DNA of 64,000 nt from Eledone cirrhosa (Eukaryota): positions 334,614,001-334,678,000 of the forward strand of contig OZ024743.1 of the NCBI GenBank assembly GCA_964016885.1, in the 5' to 3' direction. The notes below the pieces were generated by a model. The model saw only the letters and a program-made list of their open reading frames with translations. It was not told where the DNA came from and made no database searches. Shown here in pieces: positions 25,701-40,035 of this stretch (within the stretch, counting starts at the first letter, position 1; each line of letters starts with the position of its first letter). Both the position numbers and the translations under genes were made by a program.

Positions 25701-25887
25701 TATCTTTGCCTTTCATTCTTATGGGGTCGATAACATAAAGTACCAGTAATGCACTGGGTATTTGCTGGCCTTGTGCCTAAAGTAGAAACAATTATATTAT
25801 ATATATATATAATATAATATAATATAATATAATATAATATATATATATATATGTATATTTATGTACATATATATTAATATATATATG

Positions 25888-25958
<71 letters not shown>

Positions 25959-26526
25959 ACGAAAAACATGTGAAGGCTGGATTCCTATAAATTCCTCTAT
26001 TGTTGCATAATACGTATTTCCATGGCCGATCATTTTACGTTGTCTGACTTAGACGCAAAACAATCAGCGATGTCATCAAATGGTATGAACACTTTAGATT
26101 TAGCTAAGTAATCCTTGAGGCACAACAGCACGTAAAAAAAGAAAGAATTTGTGAAAATGAGCAGGCCCAACTACATATGTTATCACGAGTACAGCCTGCG
26201 TTAATACTGTGGTGGATTCTTCATTTATACTCTCTTTTTTTTGTCCCTCTCTTTCTATACCTCTGTATGAAATTGGCTGTGTTACAATTTGCAGTGGGAT
26301 ATTTTCCGTCATGTTTAAAATACCCAAGACTCGTCGTATGGAACGAAGGCATTCCAGCGTTTCTACGACGTCGAGGGAAGTTAATAGCTAATGGCTTTGA
26401 TAACTGCACAACATATATTGTAAATTTAAAACATATATTGGACTTTGTAATATGGGAGAAAGTTATTTGTTTTCAGTTTCAAAAGTACGGGTGATTTGGC
26501 TTCTATTTATACGGTGGAACTGATCA

Positions 26527-29500
26527 TCTCTCTATATATAAAACGGTAGATGTCTGTCTGTGTGTGTGTATGATTTTTATGCATTTCCACATTTCTCTAC
26601 CGATTTTGATGATTATTTTTCCAATGTGCTCCAAATTTATCAGGGCAGGTCAACGCGTAATTACTTTTGCCAAACATTTCCTGCTTCTATGAAAAAGATC
26701 GATAAAACTAAATACATGCTGTAACCCTCTCTCTTACACGCTTCATTCCTCTCACTACCCTTAATCTCCTCCGCAACTCTCTTTAAAAGGTTACTGCCTC
26801 CGTCCCTGAAGCAACGCCACACAAACTTTGATAACCCTCTCTTACACGCTTCATTCCTCTCACTACCCTAAATCTCCTCCGCAACTCTCTTTAAAAGGTT
26901 ACTGCCTCCGTCTCCATTACAGTTTAGAACAACGACAAATCTTCTCTCTCTATAATAGATCATTCACCCTCTTCGTTCCTCATACATCAAATATCAAAAT
27001 TTAAAAAGCCGATAACACTAAATACATACTGCTCTCTCAACGTTACATTTTACATCAAATAACAAATATTCAAAAGCAACAGATGAATTTATAAAACGAC
27101 AAACGTAACAATAACGACGCTTAAGCGTTCATTTACTTGAATCTCAACAAAGACATTATATTTTATTGTTGTCCGTTTTGTAATTTTTTTTCTTTGTTTT
27201 TCTCAATATGAGACAAAAAATTAATGAGAATAATTTTTTAACGAACATCCGATTTCGATGATTTATTTTCCAGTGTGCTCAAAAATAACGCCCCTGTTTA
27301 CGCTCTTTTGTGCTATAACTCAGACAGGCTTGGCTTACAGGTTTGACCTATTATTTGACGTGCATTCTTCATAGATCATACTTAGTACTTACTTTCCACT
27401 TACTCACCGTTCAATTGAACATTTTGGCTACTGCCCCTTTCATGCTTCATTACCTGCATAAATATTTACGTGTTCGGTCCTGCTACAATATAGTACTCAC
27501 TTTAAACTAATTCAAAGTTCATTTGAAAATGTTCGCTACCAAACACATTCTTTGAATCTACGGTCATGCCATCCCCCCAAAAAAGACCACGACTTAGTCG
27601 CCAAACTAAAGCTGCTTCTGCTGCCAAACGAAGAAGAGCTACAGAGTTGTCCGTTGAAAAATTGACTCGGTTGTCACAAAATGCAACTCGAAATGCAATT
27701 ACCCGGGCAACCGAGACAGAAAAAAGAGGAGCATCCGCCTTTCCGGAAATGCATTTGTAACTGCAGTTGCACGTCCAGCACAAACTGATGAACAACATTC
27801 TCGACGACGAAGCAAAAATGAGGCCTCCACCGCTGCGGCACGTGACGATGAGGACGAAGAACACCGTTACAGTCGACGACGAAGAGATGCCGCCTCAACT
27901 GCTGCGTCACGTGCTGCCGAGGACGAAGGGAAGCGTTCCAGACGTCAACGTACGGACACCGCTTCAACAGCTTCCGTTCGCGCATCAGAGACTGCGCAAA
28001 TTCAATTACAAAGGCTAAACGCCAACGCACTCCGCAGGAGTGCTAAACAAGGTACACAGAGGATCAGTTGCACTCAGTGGTCTCATAAGTCTTTCCACTA
28101 TGACCCAACATGCACTGATGCCAGAAGTTCAGATTGGATCCATGTCTGTCATTTGCCAATATTGTCGGCAAAGTGAAACTGCCTCCTCTACAGGAACCAC
28201 CACAACCTTTGAAGTCTCTACTGACCGGTGTCACAGCGGAGTCGGAACACTTCCTTCGATGTTCCAGGAGATACAACGCTGCCTTCCAAATGACCTCTTT
28301 CGGAGCTAACATCATACGCGAGGACGGTTTCATGCCTACCTTTAAAGTTCAAGGACACATTTACCACAGAATCTGTTCGCTACTTCCCACGACAGACGGA
28401 TAGCCCAGTTCCTACAGCTATACTTTGTCACTGACTATTTGGACCAAGCGGAACGACGCGCTTCAATTTCGCCTGGCACAGACATGAAAATTCTGTTGCA
28501 ACTCGAGAGAATGCTGCACGAAAACAACAAATACATTGGCAGTTTTAAATGCGCATTGGAGGCTGCTCTGTTGCCAAATTTTGCTGTTATAATCGACGCT
28601 AACAGGAAACCACCAGGCACCCACGCCAGACGTTTTAACACTCCCACTTGCAATGAAATAGCTGTGCTTCTTTATGGAGAACAGTACAACAAGAGGGACA
28701 TCATACTTCAGTGTAGGGACAATAGTCTGCAACGGATCAGCGAGACGCATAGGTCCTACGACGCATTCCAATATCCCCTACTTTTCCGATTCGGTGACGA
28801 CGGATACCACTTTGGAATTCCTTTGTGCAGCAGCAACAAAACTGTTTCCTCTATGCAATTCTACACCTACCGATTCATGGTCCGCGAATGCTGCTTTAAC
28901 CAACTCCACCGTGCAAGAGTACTCTTCAACCAGCTTGCTGTAGACGCGTGCGCAAAGATGGAATCTGAAAGGCTGTGCTACATAAGGAACAATCAATCAC
29001 GCCTTTGTTCGGACAGCTACATTCACTTACGGGATGGAGTAAGGAATGACGTCGATCCCAAGAACCTAGGAAAACATTGTATCCTTCCGTCGACCTTCAT
29101 TGGGAGTCCCCGATACATGAGTGAACGCACACAGGATGCTATGACGTACGTGCGTCTCTATGGCAGACCGAATCTCTTCATAACTTCAACATGCAACCCT
29201 AAGTGGAATGAAATTACCGCGGAATTATTCCCCGGACAAAGGGCGTCAGATAGACACGATCTTACGGCACGAGTGTTTCACTTGAAGTTGACAAAACTTA
29301 TTGAACTCCTAAAATCAGGTAAGGCCTTTGGACCTGTTAGGTGCTACGTATACACCGTTGAGTGGCAAAAGAGAGGCCTGCCACACGCTCACCTACTCAT
29401 TTGGCTGAGAACGAAAATCAACGCAAGCAGCATTGACAGCATCATTTCAGCAGAAATACCCAACCCAAAATTGGACAGAGAACTCCACAACATCGTCACG

Positions 29501-32325
29501 GCTCACATGGTTCATGGGCCACGCGGAAACGGTTTCAACATGAATTCTCCATGCATTAAAGAAAGAAGGTGCACCAAGAGGTATCCTAGGCCATTCCTCC
29601 GAGAAACTCGGACAGGTGGCGACGGTTATCCATTATACCGCTGCAGGGAGCCAGCGGACGGAGGAATTGTTGCGAAAACACCACATCACCACGTCGACAA
29701 CCGGTGGATTGTACCCTACTGCCCACTTCTGCTTAAATTGTTTAACACCCACATTAACGTTGAATACTGCCACTCCGTCAAATCGATAAAGTACGTCTGC
29801 AAGTATATCAATAAGGGGTCCGATGCTGCGTCCTTTGGTGTTACAATGGAGAACAACCGAGACGAAGTAACTCGATTCCAGGTCGGCCGATACATCAGCT
29901 GCAGTGAAGCGTTCTGGCGATTCTTCCACTTTGCAATACACCATAACTACCCCCAATCAAACAGTTGGCGGTGCACCTTGAAAACGGTCAAAGTGTCTAC
30001 TTCACCGCCTCCACCGCTGCTGATAGCAGAGGAACCTAAGGACACCACACTTACGGCATTTTTTAAGTTATGCCGAAACGATCCCTTCGCCAAGACCATC
30101 TTCTACTCTCAGGTGTCATCATACTACACATGGAACACAGACAACAGAATTTGGTTAAGAAGGGTGAAAGGACAACCCGTCGAGGGACATCCAGACATTA
30201 AAATGTCCCCTACCCTTGGGAGAGTGTACACCATTCATCCTAACCAACAGGAATGCTTTTATCTCCGCCTACTACTGCATGACGTGGTAGGACCGACATC
30301 TTTCGACGATCTGAAAACAATCAACGGAGAGCTTTGTACTTCATTCCGCGCAGCCTGCCTTAGATGGGGTCTACTGGAAGATGGCGCTCAGTGGGATGCG
30401 ACATTGGCGGAGGCAGCTACAATACGCTCAGCGCGAACTCTTCGGCAACTCTTTGCGGTGCTACTACAGACATGCGAGTTAAACGACCCTGTATCCTTAT
30501 GGGACAAATACAAAGAGGACTTTTCCGATGACTACATACACCAAGGACAACTGCTACTCCCTCATTCCGACGTACGACTCAGCGACGAATTCTTCAACAA
30601 AGCTCTCATTGACATCGAGGACAAAATCCTAACTGCCGGCGGAAATGACCTTCCATTCTATGGACTGCCAAAAGTTCAGCGAACAGGCTCCGACAAACTT
30701 CCGACGGGCATAATTCAGGAAACTGCCTACGACGTCCACGCCCTCGAACTGTTCATCAACGAAAACGAGCCGAAATTGTTACAGGACCAACGGCATGCGT
30801 TTGACACAGTTTGCATTTCCATTCGTCAACGCAGAGGAGGTATCTTATTTTTAGACGCCCCAGGAGGAACTGGTAAAACATTCGTCAATAAACTCCTCCT
30901 CGCCAAAGTGCGACAGCAAAAAGGAATCGCTCTGGCTGTGGCTTCTTCTGGCATTGCCGCAACTCTGCTGCACGGAGGTAGGACAGCTCATTCCGCATTT
31001 AAACACGACTTCAGACGACACAATAACCTGTAACATCACCAAGGACTCTGACAAAACTGAAGTCTTGAAAAGATGCCACCTAATTGTGTGGGACGAATGC
31101 ACAATGGTCCATAAAGGGTCCCTTGAGGCGTTGGACAGGACCCTACGAGATATCAGGGAATGCAACCGGCCGATGGGAGGAATACCTCTACTGCTGTCTG
31201 GCGATTTTCGACAAACTCTTCCAATTGTTCCAAAAGCCACCAGGGCCGACACTGTGGGGGCTTGCATTAAGTCATCTCCCCTGTGGCAGGAAGTGACAAT
31301 CCTGACCCTCACAACAAACATGAGAGCCCAACTGCTTTGTGACCACTCAGCAACCGACTTCTCAAAGGACCTCTTAACAGTTGGTGACGGCACCGCACCT
31401 TCAGATGCAGCTGGAGAAATGGCAGTCTTGCAAGTAAGCACCATTGTAGACACTGTTGACGACCTCACAGCCTCTGTCTTTCCCGATATGGCGACTAACT
31501 ACAAAAACACCAGTTGGCTGTGCGATAGAGCCATATTGGCTCCCAAAAATGTCTCAGTTGCAAAAATCAATGAGAAACTTCTGCAACGCATTCCTGGAAA
31601 CCTCCGTACCTACAAATTTGTGGACAAAGTGGTGGACAAAGATGAGGTTGACGATTTTCCAACAGAATCCCTCAATTCCTTGGACCTCTGTGGACTGCGC
31701 GTCAAATTCCTTGGACCTCATGAACTGCGCGTCAAAGTTGGGACTTCAGTCATGCTGTTGAGGAACCTGGAACCACCACATCTCTGCAACGGAACACGGT
31801 TAGTGGTAAGAAACCTCCTGCCGCATGTAATTGAAACCACAATTCTCACGGGCTGCGGCGCTGGAGAAAACGTCTTCATACCCAGAATACCATTAACTCC
31901 ATCAGGTACGGAATGCCCCTGAACTCTGCGCCGACTTCAATTCCTCGTTAAACTTTGCTTCGCGATGTCAATCAACAAGTCCCAAGGCCAAACGCTATCA
32001 ACGGCAGGCCTCCATTTAGCCCAGCCGTGCTTCTCACACGGCCAATTATACGTCGCATGCTCAAGAGTGGGATGCAAGCAGAACTTATTCATACTTGCGC
32101 CCAAAGGCAGAACAAAAAATGTGGTCTACATAGAGGTGTTGTGACTCCTCTATTCAGCACCACTGCAGTCTTGCCAGTCTGACATATGGTGAGGAGATGC
32201 TATTGTTGTATATTTTCAAACTTACCCGTATTTAATTTCAATGCCTCAATATTCATAATTGAGTGGAATCATTAAAAGTACTTTAAAGCAATTAAACTCC
32301 GCGCAACGCCGGGCACCTCTGCTAG
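26527..32325 (+). mobile_element. Full-length Helitron (5.8 kb), coding region disrupted
   Basis: A|TC 5' end, 3' hairpin CCGCGCAACGCCGGG and CTAG|T; internal direct repeat of about 80 bp at about 26722-26803 and 26834-26912. Confidence 0.92.
27566..32144 (+). pseudogene. Helitron Rep/Helicase (HUH endonuclease plus Pif1 helicase)
   Basis: GSPRYM, EWQKRGLPHAH, KYVCKYINKG, DAPGGTGKT, WDEC, GDFRQ, LCNGTR, AMSINKSQGQ, HGQLYVA; broken into several ORFs by stops and frameshifts. Confidence 0.93.
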
Positions 32326-34498
32326 TAGTACAATACGTGATTAGCAGAACTTAACAGTTACATTGTTGTTAATTTTAAAAATAAAAATATATATTTAGAA
32401 GATGATTGAAATTCATGTTTTTCCGTGTACTTTGATAAATCGACAGTATTCTAAATTACAACGAAGTACTCAATACATTAATTCCACCGTTAGAACTATG
32501 TTCTTATTTATTTGCAAGATGATCACCAGATTTTCTATTAGATACACTTGTTCGAATAACTGCAATAATTAGAATTTGGTGAATTTATTAAGTTTTTTTC
32601 TCAATTTCATTTACATAGATTAGCAAAGAATGTTCTTATTTATTTAAATTAAATTAATCTAATTACACCTAATTCAGGAGAAATCATTATTTCAACGATT
32701 ACGTAGAAAAATCGATCGTCTCGGAAAATAATATAAAGTGCATGTTACTCAATATAGGAAATCGAGTTGTAGTTATCAGAGACAGAAGCGGAAAAAAAGT
32801 GTACCACACTCGCACAAAGGGAAACTAATCATGGAGAGGAGAAAAGCTATACAATTACCGATTGAGTCAAAGAAAATATGTGACATTTGTCGCACTTATG
32901 CATTGATTCTTCCCAGAAAATTCATTAAATTATTATCTATGTTAAGTTAACATATAACACGTCAGGCGTCAATATGTTGTTTCACATGAAATCACATTGA
33001 ATATATGTCAGGAACCATGACAGGAAACATGTCAGGATGCTCATGACTAGAACACATTTGAGGCCTACTCAATCATGGCTAAACGGAGAGACACATAACA
33101 ACAACAATTTTAATGCAACATACCGACATAATTTATTGATAGGCGTTGAATTGGCAGAGTCGATAGACCGTCGGATAAAATGCTTTGTGGTATTCGTTCC
33201 GGCTCTCTGCTCTCTGAGTTCAAATCCTACTGAGGTCAACTTTACTTTTCATTCTTTCGAGATCATATTGAATATCATTATAAATGATTGGATATACATA
33301 AATACTAATTAAATAGGGTTAAAACAATCCTGTTATAAATGAGTCAACGTTTGCCAATCAAGACATCGTCTAAGAATCCACATCTAAACCAACCGGCTTT
33401 GACCTTCCCAGAAGTTAATGGGTGTCCCTTAATCGAATCCGCACAACACATGCTAGAACAGTTTATCATCTCCATCGATGGAAAATGAGTGACAGCCCAA
33501 CATTGTTCGTGATTGCCCTTCAGACGTTTTTCGAGCAGTCCGGAGGCTATCAATAACACTGCATATCATGCCTTGATTTGGCTCATCCGTCTCGACTTGT
33601 CTCTCCAATTATTGTGCATATGTCATACAAGAAGAATACTTGAGTATAGATAAATAGTAGCCAATAGATATCTTTTCTTCTTCATTTGTCCCGTAACTCC
33701 TGATAGAGACGTAGGGGCACCGTAGTGGCATACGGCGTTTCTTGGGCATTTACAGCCTCTCCAAGTCTGAACACATCAGATTTCTTTCAGGGAATGATAG
33801 AAAGTGAGAGGATGGAAGCGATATACGGGAGGAATCACCCCCAGTACTATCAGTCTAGTACTGATATCCAATCATTTATAATGATATTCAATATGATATA
33901 TCCCAGCTTTGATAAACACTACTATAATTGATATGTGAAATATTGGGAAACAAATAGAAGAAAGAAACACAAGGAATTATGAATACTTACAATTAGTTTC
34001 ATCATCATGGTCTATCAAACAATCTTTATAGAAGTCGCAAACTTTGTCCTTGTGTATATAGAGACCGTTAGAGCATTGAAAATGGCTTTCTACAGAAGAA
34101 AAAAATGTAAGAAAATATATTTTATCAAACATTAACCACAAGTAAGTCTATCCGATTTCAGAATATCGTTGAATATTTAAAGAAATCAACTGCGTTATTA
34201 GGACATTGTTAAGTAGAATATACGTAGATATATTACTAATCTTGGCTGGTCACGCTTGGGGATCCAGTCGGATCGGATGGAGACGGTTGCTTCTGCCAGC
34301 ACCCACTGGAAGGATTGTTTGAGGACTCTGTCCCCACGACCCTCTCAGGAATAATTGGGCAAAGAAGAAGAAGAAGAAGAAGAAGAAAAACACTGGAACA
34401 ACGTGAAATAAAGTATTATGCTCAAGAACACAGCACACAACCCAGCCCAGGCATTATGATCGTAAGTCCAACACCCTTTACCATTAAATATATCTATA

Positions 34499-34535
<37 letters not shown>

Positions 34536-34655
34536 ATATATATAAATACAAATACCAAAATCCAAAGAGGGCTTCATAAGGGTTGTATATGATAGTTTCA
34601 GATGATCCCGCTTAGAGCTAAAACAGAAATCTTTTGCTTAAACTTTTAATCTGTA

Positions 34656-34725
<70 letters not shown>

Positions 34726-35210
34726 TATTGAAAGCACTGAAAAGAAAGTAAAAAACAAAAATATATAAAAAGGAATTAACCCCAAATCAAAATTGTTGAC
34801 TGGTTCCTATATTAAATGACAAACATGTGGCCTGCAGCTCATTAGAATTATGTTTAACGTGCTCACCCGGCATCCAAGTGATGGAGGACTCAATTCCTTG
34901 TAGGCACTTCTGTCAATTCTGTTTACTCGATTTTCTCAACTGTTATTTATAATAGTCGACCATCTTTCTGGTCATTTGCACTGGGATACCCACATTTCAA
35001 ATGTTCCACATACTTCTTAATTCAACAGGTTGTTTACAGGTTGTTTAAAATTTTCTTGTTATTCGTGTACAGCGGCTCTTTAGCGTTGTCGTTAAAATAA
35101 TCGTCCGACATCCGAGAGATGCGGGATTCATTTTGTCGCAGGTGTTAACGTTCACCTTTTACCGTCAACGGAAATACTTCACCTGCTTTTCTCAACTATT
35201 ATTTATAGGA

Positions 35211-35391
35211 CAGTAATGGTAAAGGGTCAGGCGCCATGCTTTGCAGCAAAGACTTACGGCCCTTTATGGTCTGAGTTCAAATCCCGCCGAGGTTAACTTT
35301 GCTTTTCATCCTCATGGGTTCGATAAAATGAAGTACCAGTAATACACTGAGATAATTGCTAGCCTTGTGCCAAAAGTAGAAACAATTATTA
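35211..35391 (+). mobile_element. SINE family A
   Basis: B-box GAGTTCAAATCCC, central domain, tail. Confidence 0.85.
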
Positions 35392-35435
35392 TTGGCATTA
35401 GGACTCACACATTTCAAATTTCAATTTTTCCCAAA

Positions 35436-35521
<86 letters not shown>

Positions 35522-35970
35522 GGTGTATAACCAAAGTTTTATACTAAGCGTACGCGACTCACATTTCTTTCTTTTCTATTAAATTTTTCGATTCATTTGT
35601 AGAAATAAAATAATTGTTATATTAAAAAAAATTATTTTGGTTATTTTCTTATTTATATTTATTACGTAAAATATCTAAACCCAGTTTGGTGTCTACTCGA
35701 GATTTACATGCTAAGTCTGTGAACATCGGTATGCAGATCAATAAGATTTTGAGATGTTTATGAGCTCTGCATGTGACTACGCATCTGTTCAGGTGTATTA
35801 CCATCAGTAAGCTAGACTATCGTGTAACTGAAGAAGGCAATTTATATATCTGCAAAACTTTCAAGTATACTTATACTAGTAACCATACAAATAATCTAAG
35901 TAAATATATGTAACTATACGAATTTTGTGGTAAGGTATGTATGTACTTGATTAATGGGAAATATATATCT

Positions 35971-36048
<78 letters not shown>

Positions 36049-36199
36049 CTGTATGCATGTGCTCATACGTAATATATATATATATTTATATCTCAGAAGA
36101 TCTCGTATTGAGTGAAAGCAAAAGTTCTTTGCTTAAAATTTAATCTGTACAACAACAACAACTACAACAACAACTACTACTACTACTAATAATAATAAT

Positions 36200-39100
36200 T
36201 TCATTTATTGGCCACAAGGGCCGACATATAGGGGAAAATACAAAAGACTGGGACAGTGGGTTTTACAGAAAAATCGAGTAAACAATATGAATAACAATAA
36301 CAAAGTAACAATAACAAAGTAACAATAAAGTAACAATAAAATTACAACAAGAAAAAATTCCCCAATAGGGGGATGACCACCTAGGGTTCGCTCAGGTACC
36401 CCCACTAGTCCTGAACGACCCAACGCTTCGAGAGCACCCTGGAAGGGCACCCCTTTCCTCTTCAAATTTACCTACCTACAGCCGCATGACCAGAGTAGGC
36501 CCACTCACACGGGCCATTCTCGCCACATTCACCCACCTTTCAGCGAATGTACTGGGGGGGCAGCACTCACTTCTCTCTCCACTCTCACCTTCCTTTCCAA
36601 GTGAAACTTGAAAAAGTTGATGAGGGATTGGCCGAAGAGAAAGTGTCTGTCTTCAGTCCTTTCAACCTCGTCCACCATATAACCTCTTTCGCTACTGCCA
36701 CCAGACAGAGGAAAATTGCCTGCCCTTCCTGGCCAAAAGAAGGCGGCGGGTCGACCTTCACTATGGACTCGGCCGATAGCCGGATCCATTCTACACGCGA
36801 CAACAGCTGTTCAACATAACTCCACAAGTCACTAATGCGCGGACACTGGACCAGTGCGTGCAGAACGGTTTCGTCGCTCTGCGCGCATCCCGGGCAGGTC
36901 CGTCTGACAGCACTTCCGTGCCTGTAGAGTGTATCTCGAACCGGCAGTGCCCCCCGGTAGCACTGCTAGGCGAGGGATTTTTGGAAAATATCCATCGTCC
37001 CCGGCTCGAAAGTCCTCCGGTACAGACTGGTCAGTTCGACTTGGTTGACTCCCACTAATCCTCTATAGAACACGAGAGTGGAGTTCCACTGACCGCATTG
37101 CCCGCCTGGTAGAGGGCAGTGAGTGCCTGGCAACATTCCAGATGCCAGTCACCCAGTCTCGGTCTCTTCTTAACCCACGACTGCAACTCAGTCAAAGAAA
37201 TGAGCTGCGGAAAGGCCCGTCTGACAAACGGCGACCACACCTGTTCACCGTTTAGGCAGAATATCTGGAGATGCCGCAGCCTCAGCGCGTGCATGCGCAT
37301 CATTAGCCACGGCATGCCCAGCCCTCCACGTAGAGAGTGCTGGCAGCAGATGGGCCGCCTCACCAGCGGAACCAGACCCCTCCACAAGAATTTGAAGAGG
37401 AGCCGCTCCAAGATCGCGAGGCGCGAACGGGGGCAAGGGACGACAGTCAGCCGGTAGTAGATGACGGACGCGATGTACGCGTTCGCCACCTCCGCCCGAC
37501 CTTTCAGTGATAGCTTCATCCCAGCCCATTTTTGGGTGAGACTGGCTACCCTGCCCGTCACCTCGTCCCAATTCTTATCCACCTGGAGGTCTGGCCCGAA
37601 CCAAACCCCTAGCAACTTTACCGGTCCGTCCGTCCAGCGCCTATCGACGCTGTTGGACGGCATGGACTTGCTTCTCCAGGTGCCGAGTTGCAAGCCCACT
37701 GACTTTTCCGGGTTAAGTTTTGCTCCCGTCAACCTTTCATATTCCTCCAATAAGTTGCCGACCACCTCGATTTCTGAGGTGTCCGACACCATCACGCTGA
37801 TGTCGTCCGCATAAGCCGACACAGCCTTTCCGCGTCCTGGTTCGAGCGGGATGCCCTGCAACAGCTCCAACTTCCGCAGTAAAGGCTCGAGAGTCAATAC
37901 GTACAGAAGGGAGGAGAGAGGGCACCCTTGACGGACCGATCGGGAGACCTGAAACGGTTCCGAGAGGTGGCCATTAATTTTGACCATCGAGCAGGTGCCG
38001 TTGTGCATTAAAGACGGCGCCGAAGCCAGCCGCCTTGAGGACAGCCTCCAGGTACCGATGGTTGACCCTATCGAATGCTTTCGATTGATTTAAATTGATC
38101 AGAACCCCACCGAAGCCAGGTTTACACCCTACCCTCTCTATGATGTATCGCATTAGGTGGAGGTTGTCGTGTATGGACCTGGTAGGGATTGCGCAAGTTT
38201 GCGCCTCCCCAATCAAATCCCCGACGACAAGCACCAACCTCTTCGCTAACACCCTGGCCAAAATCTTAAACTCTGTGTTGAGCAGAGTTATGGGCCTGAA
38301 ATTGTCTAATGTCTCCCTCTTGTTCTCGGCTTTCCTTATCAGCGTCACTACGCCCCGGCTCACAGAACTGGGAATAGTCCCGTTTTGCTGCCAGTTGCAG
38401 TAGAGGGCTTCGAGAAGATTGCAAAACAAGTCGGGCATATTTACGTAAAGCTCGTAGGGCAGAGCATCCAAACCGGGTGACTTGCGCCTCATGAAGCCGA
38501 CGAAGGCATCCTGAATCGCGGCTGAATTAATTAGCCTTTCGCAGCGCCCAGCTTCAGCCGTTGAGAGTTGCGGCAAGCCATCGAGATAGGGACTGAAGTC
38601 CGCCACCATCTCTTACCCGCCACTCCCACCGAACAACCGAGCAAATTGTTGGCGAAAGGCGTCACACATCCGCTTGAAATCGCTCAGCTCATGTCCGTCT
38701 CGGTCCGTCAAAGACCGAATCGTGGTTTTATTACCACGCTGCGCCTCTGCCACGCGGGCCCATCGAATAACTTTGGTTCCCTCGTTTCTCAGAGCACGCG
38801 CCTTAGCTCTGACAATGCAACCTTCGTGTTTCGCATTGAAGAAATGGTCTAATGCCATTCTCGCCGCTAGCACGTCAGTTGCAATGCCACTACCAATAGC
38901 CTCGTCTAACTTATCTACCAACTCCCCCTCTATTTTTCTCTAACGCTACTTCTTTGCTAAACTCTATCGACATTACTCTAATCTCTCTTTTGAGAGCCTC
39001 CCCCCCCCCACCACCATGTATTGTTGACGACTCCCCCTGTCAACTTTTTCTTAACTAAATTGTTGACCTAGTCCATGTAAGCCTTACGTGCCGGAAATGG

Positions 39101-39689
39101 CATGTTTAGCTTCCAGTAACCAGGTCCTAACCTACGCCTCTTATCTAGGTCGACCAGACAGATCACAAACTTGTGATCTGAATAGGCGACCGTTTTAAAA
39201 CGTGGACAGCTTACACTATTTTTGTCTATTTTCCTAATAAAGATACTGTCTATGTACGATCTAGATGACCCTATGCGGTTAGTCCAGGTCCACACTGGCG
39301 CATTAGGGAAATCTAGTCGGTACATGTCAGAGAGTTGGAACTGGCTGATCATGTTCTTGAGGCTTTTGCACCCCCGCTCCTATCGGATACTCCCACACAG
39401 TCCCAGCGTGCGTCTAACATGCCGTTCCACTCCCCCGCTAACAGTAAAAGGCGAGACATACCCAGAAAGGCTTACAGGCGTCTAAAGAAGTCCGGCCGTC
39501 CTGCCCCAGTGGGGGCGTAGACGGCCACCAGTCTAAAGGCACCACCTTCGTTATTATTCACGTCCAGGACCACCAACTTCCCGTCCGGGTCCCGGAAGAT
39601 CGACCTTACCTCGAGATCCAGGCCTTTCCTAAAGAGCACTGCCGCCCCGCCTTCCATTCCCGGATGGCTAACAGATGGAAAGATCTGAT
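36200..39689 (-). mobile_element. Tx1/L1-clade LINE ORF2 pseudogene (copy 2; APE endonuclease plus RT)
   Basis: AVYAP, SRSYID, YSDH, GYWKLN, VRQGCPLS, SAYADD; 3' end GTGGCCAATAAATGAAATTATT. Confidence 0.92.
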
Positions 39690-39709
39690 ACTACTACTAT
39701 TAATAATGC

Positions 39710-40000
39710 TTTCTTTATTAACAACAAGGGTTTACACAAAGTAAGACATTAAGGACAATATAGGACGGTACAAATGGGCATTTCTGCGTGTAAAAAAAAC
39801 AAAAACAGAGATGTAACAAAAAAGAAACAATGAAAAATTCCCCAATAGGAGGGAGACTTCCTAGGGACATTCGTGGAGAAAGCCCATTAAAAAAAGCCAC
39901 GGTGACCCTGACCACCAGGGCACGTGCCCTCTCCCAGTTTTCCACCTTTAATTTACAGGCAAATACTCAGGGTAGGCCCATTCACTCGGGCCATTCTTGC
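39710..40000 (-). mobile_element. Tx1/L1-clade LINE short 3' fragment (copy 3)
   Basis: GGCCCATTCACTCGGGCCATTC and CCCCAATAGG match the 3' regions of copies 1 and 2. Confidence 0.75.
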
Positions 40001-40035
40001 ATCACTACTACTATTAATATTAATAATAATGGTTT

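Noticed and set aside
26260-26403. Possible minus-strand exon LSKPLAINFPRRRRNAG...ANFIQR
   Set aside because: Weak polypyrimidine tract and donor (GTATAG), no recognisable domain; cannot be supported
33344-33559. 71-aa Cys-containing ORF
   Set aside because: No convincing splice sites or domain; possibly a decayed repeat
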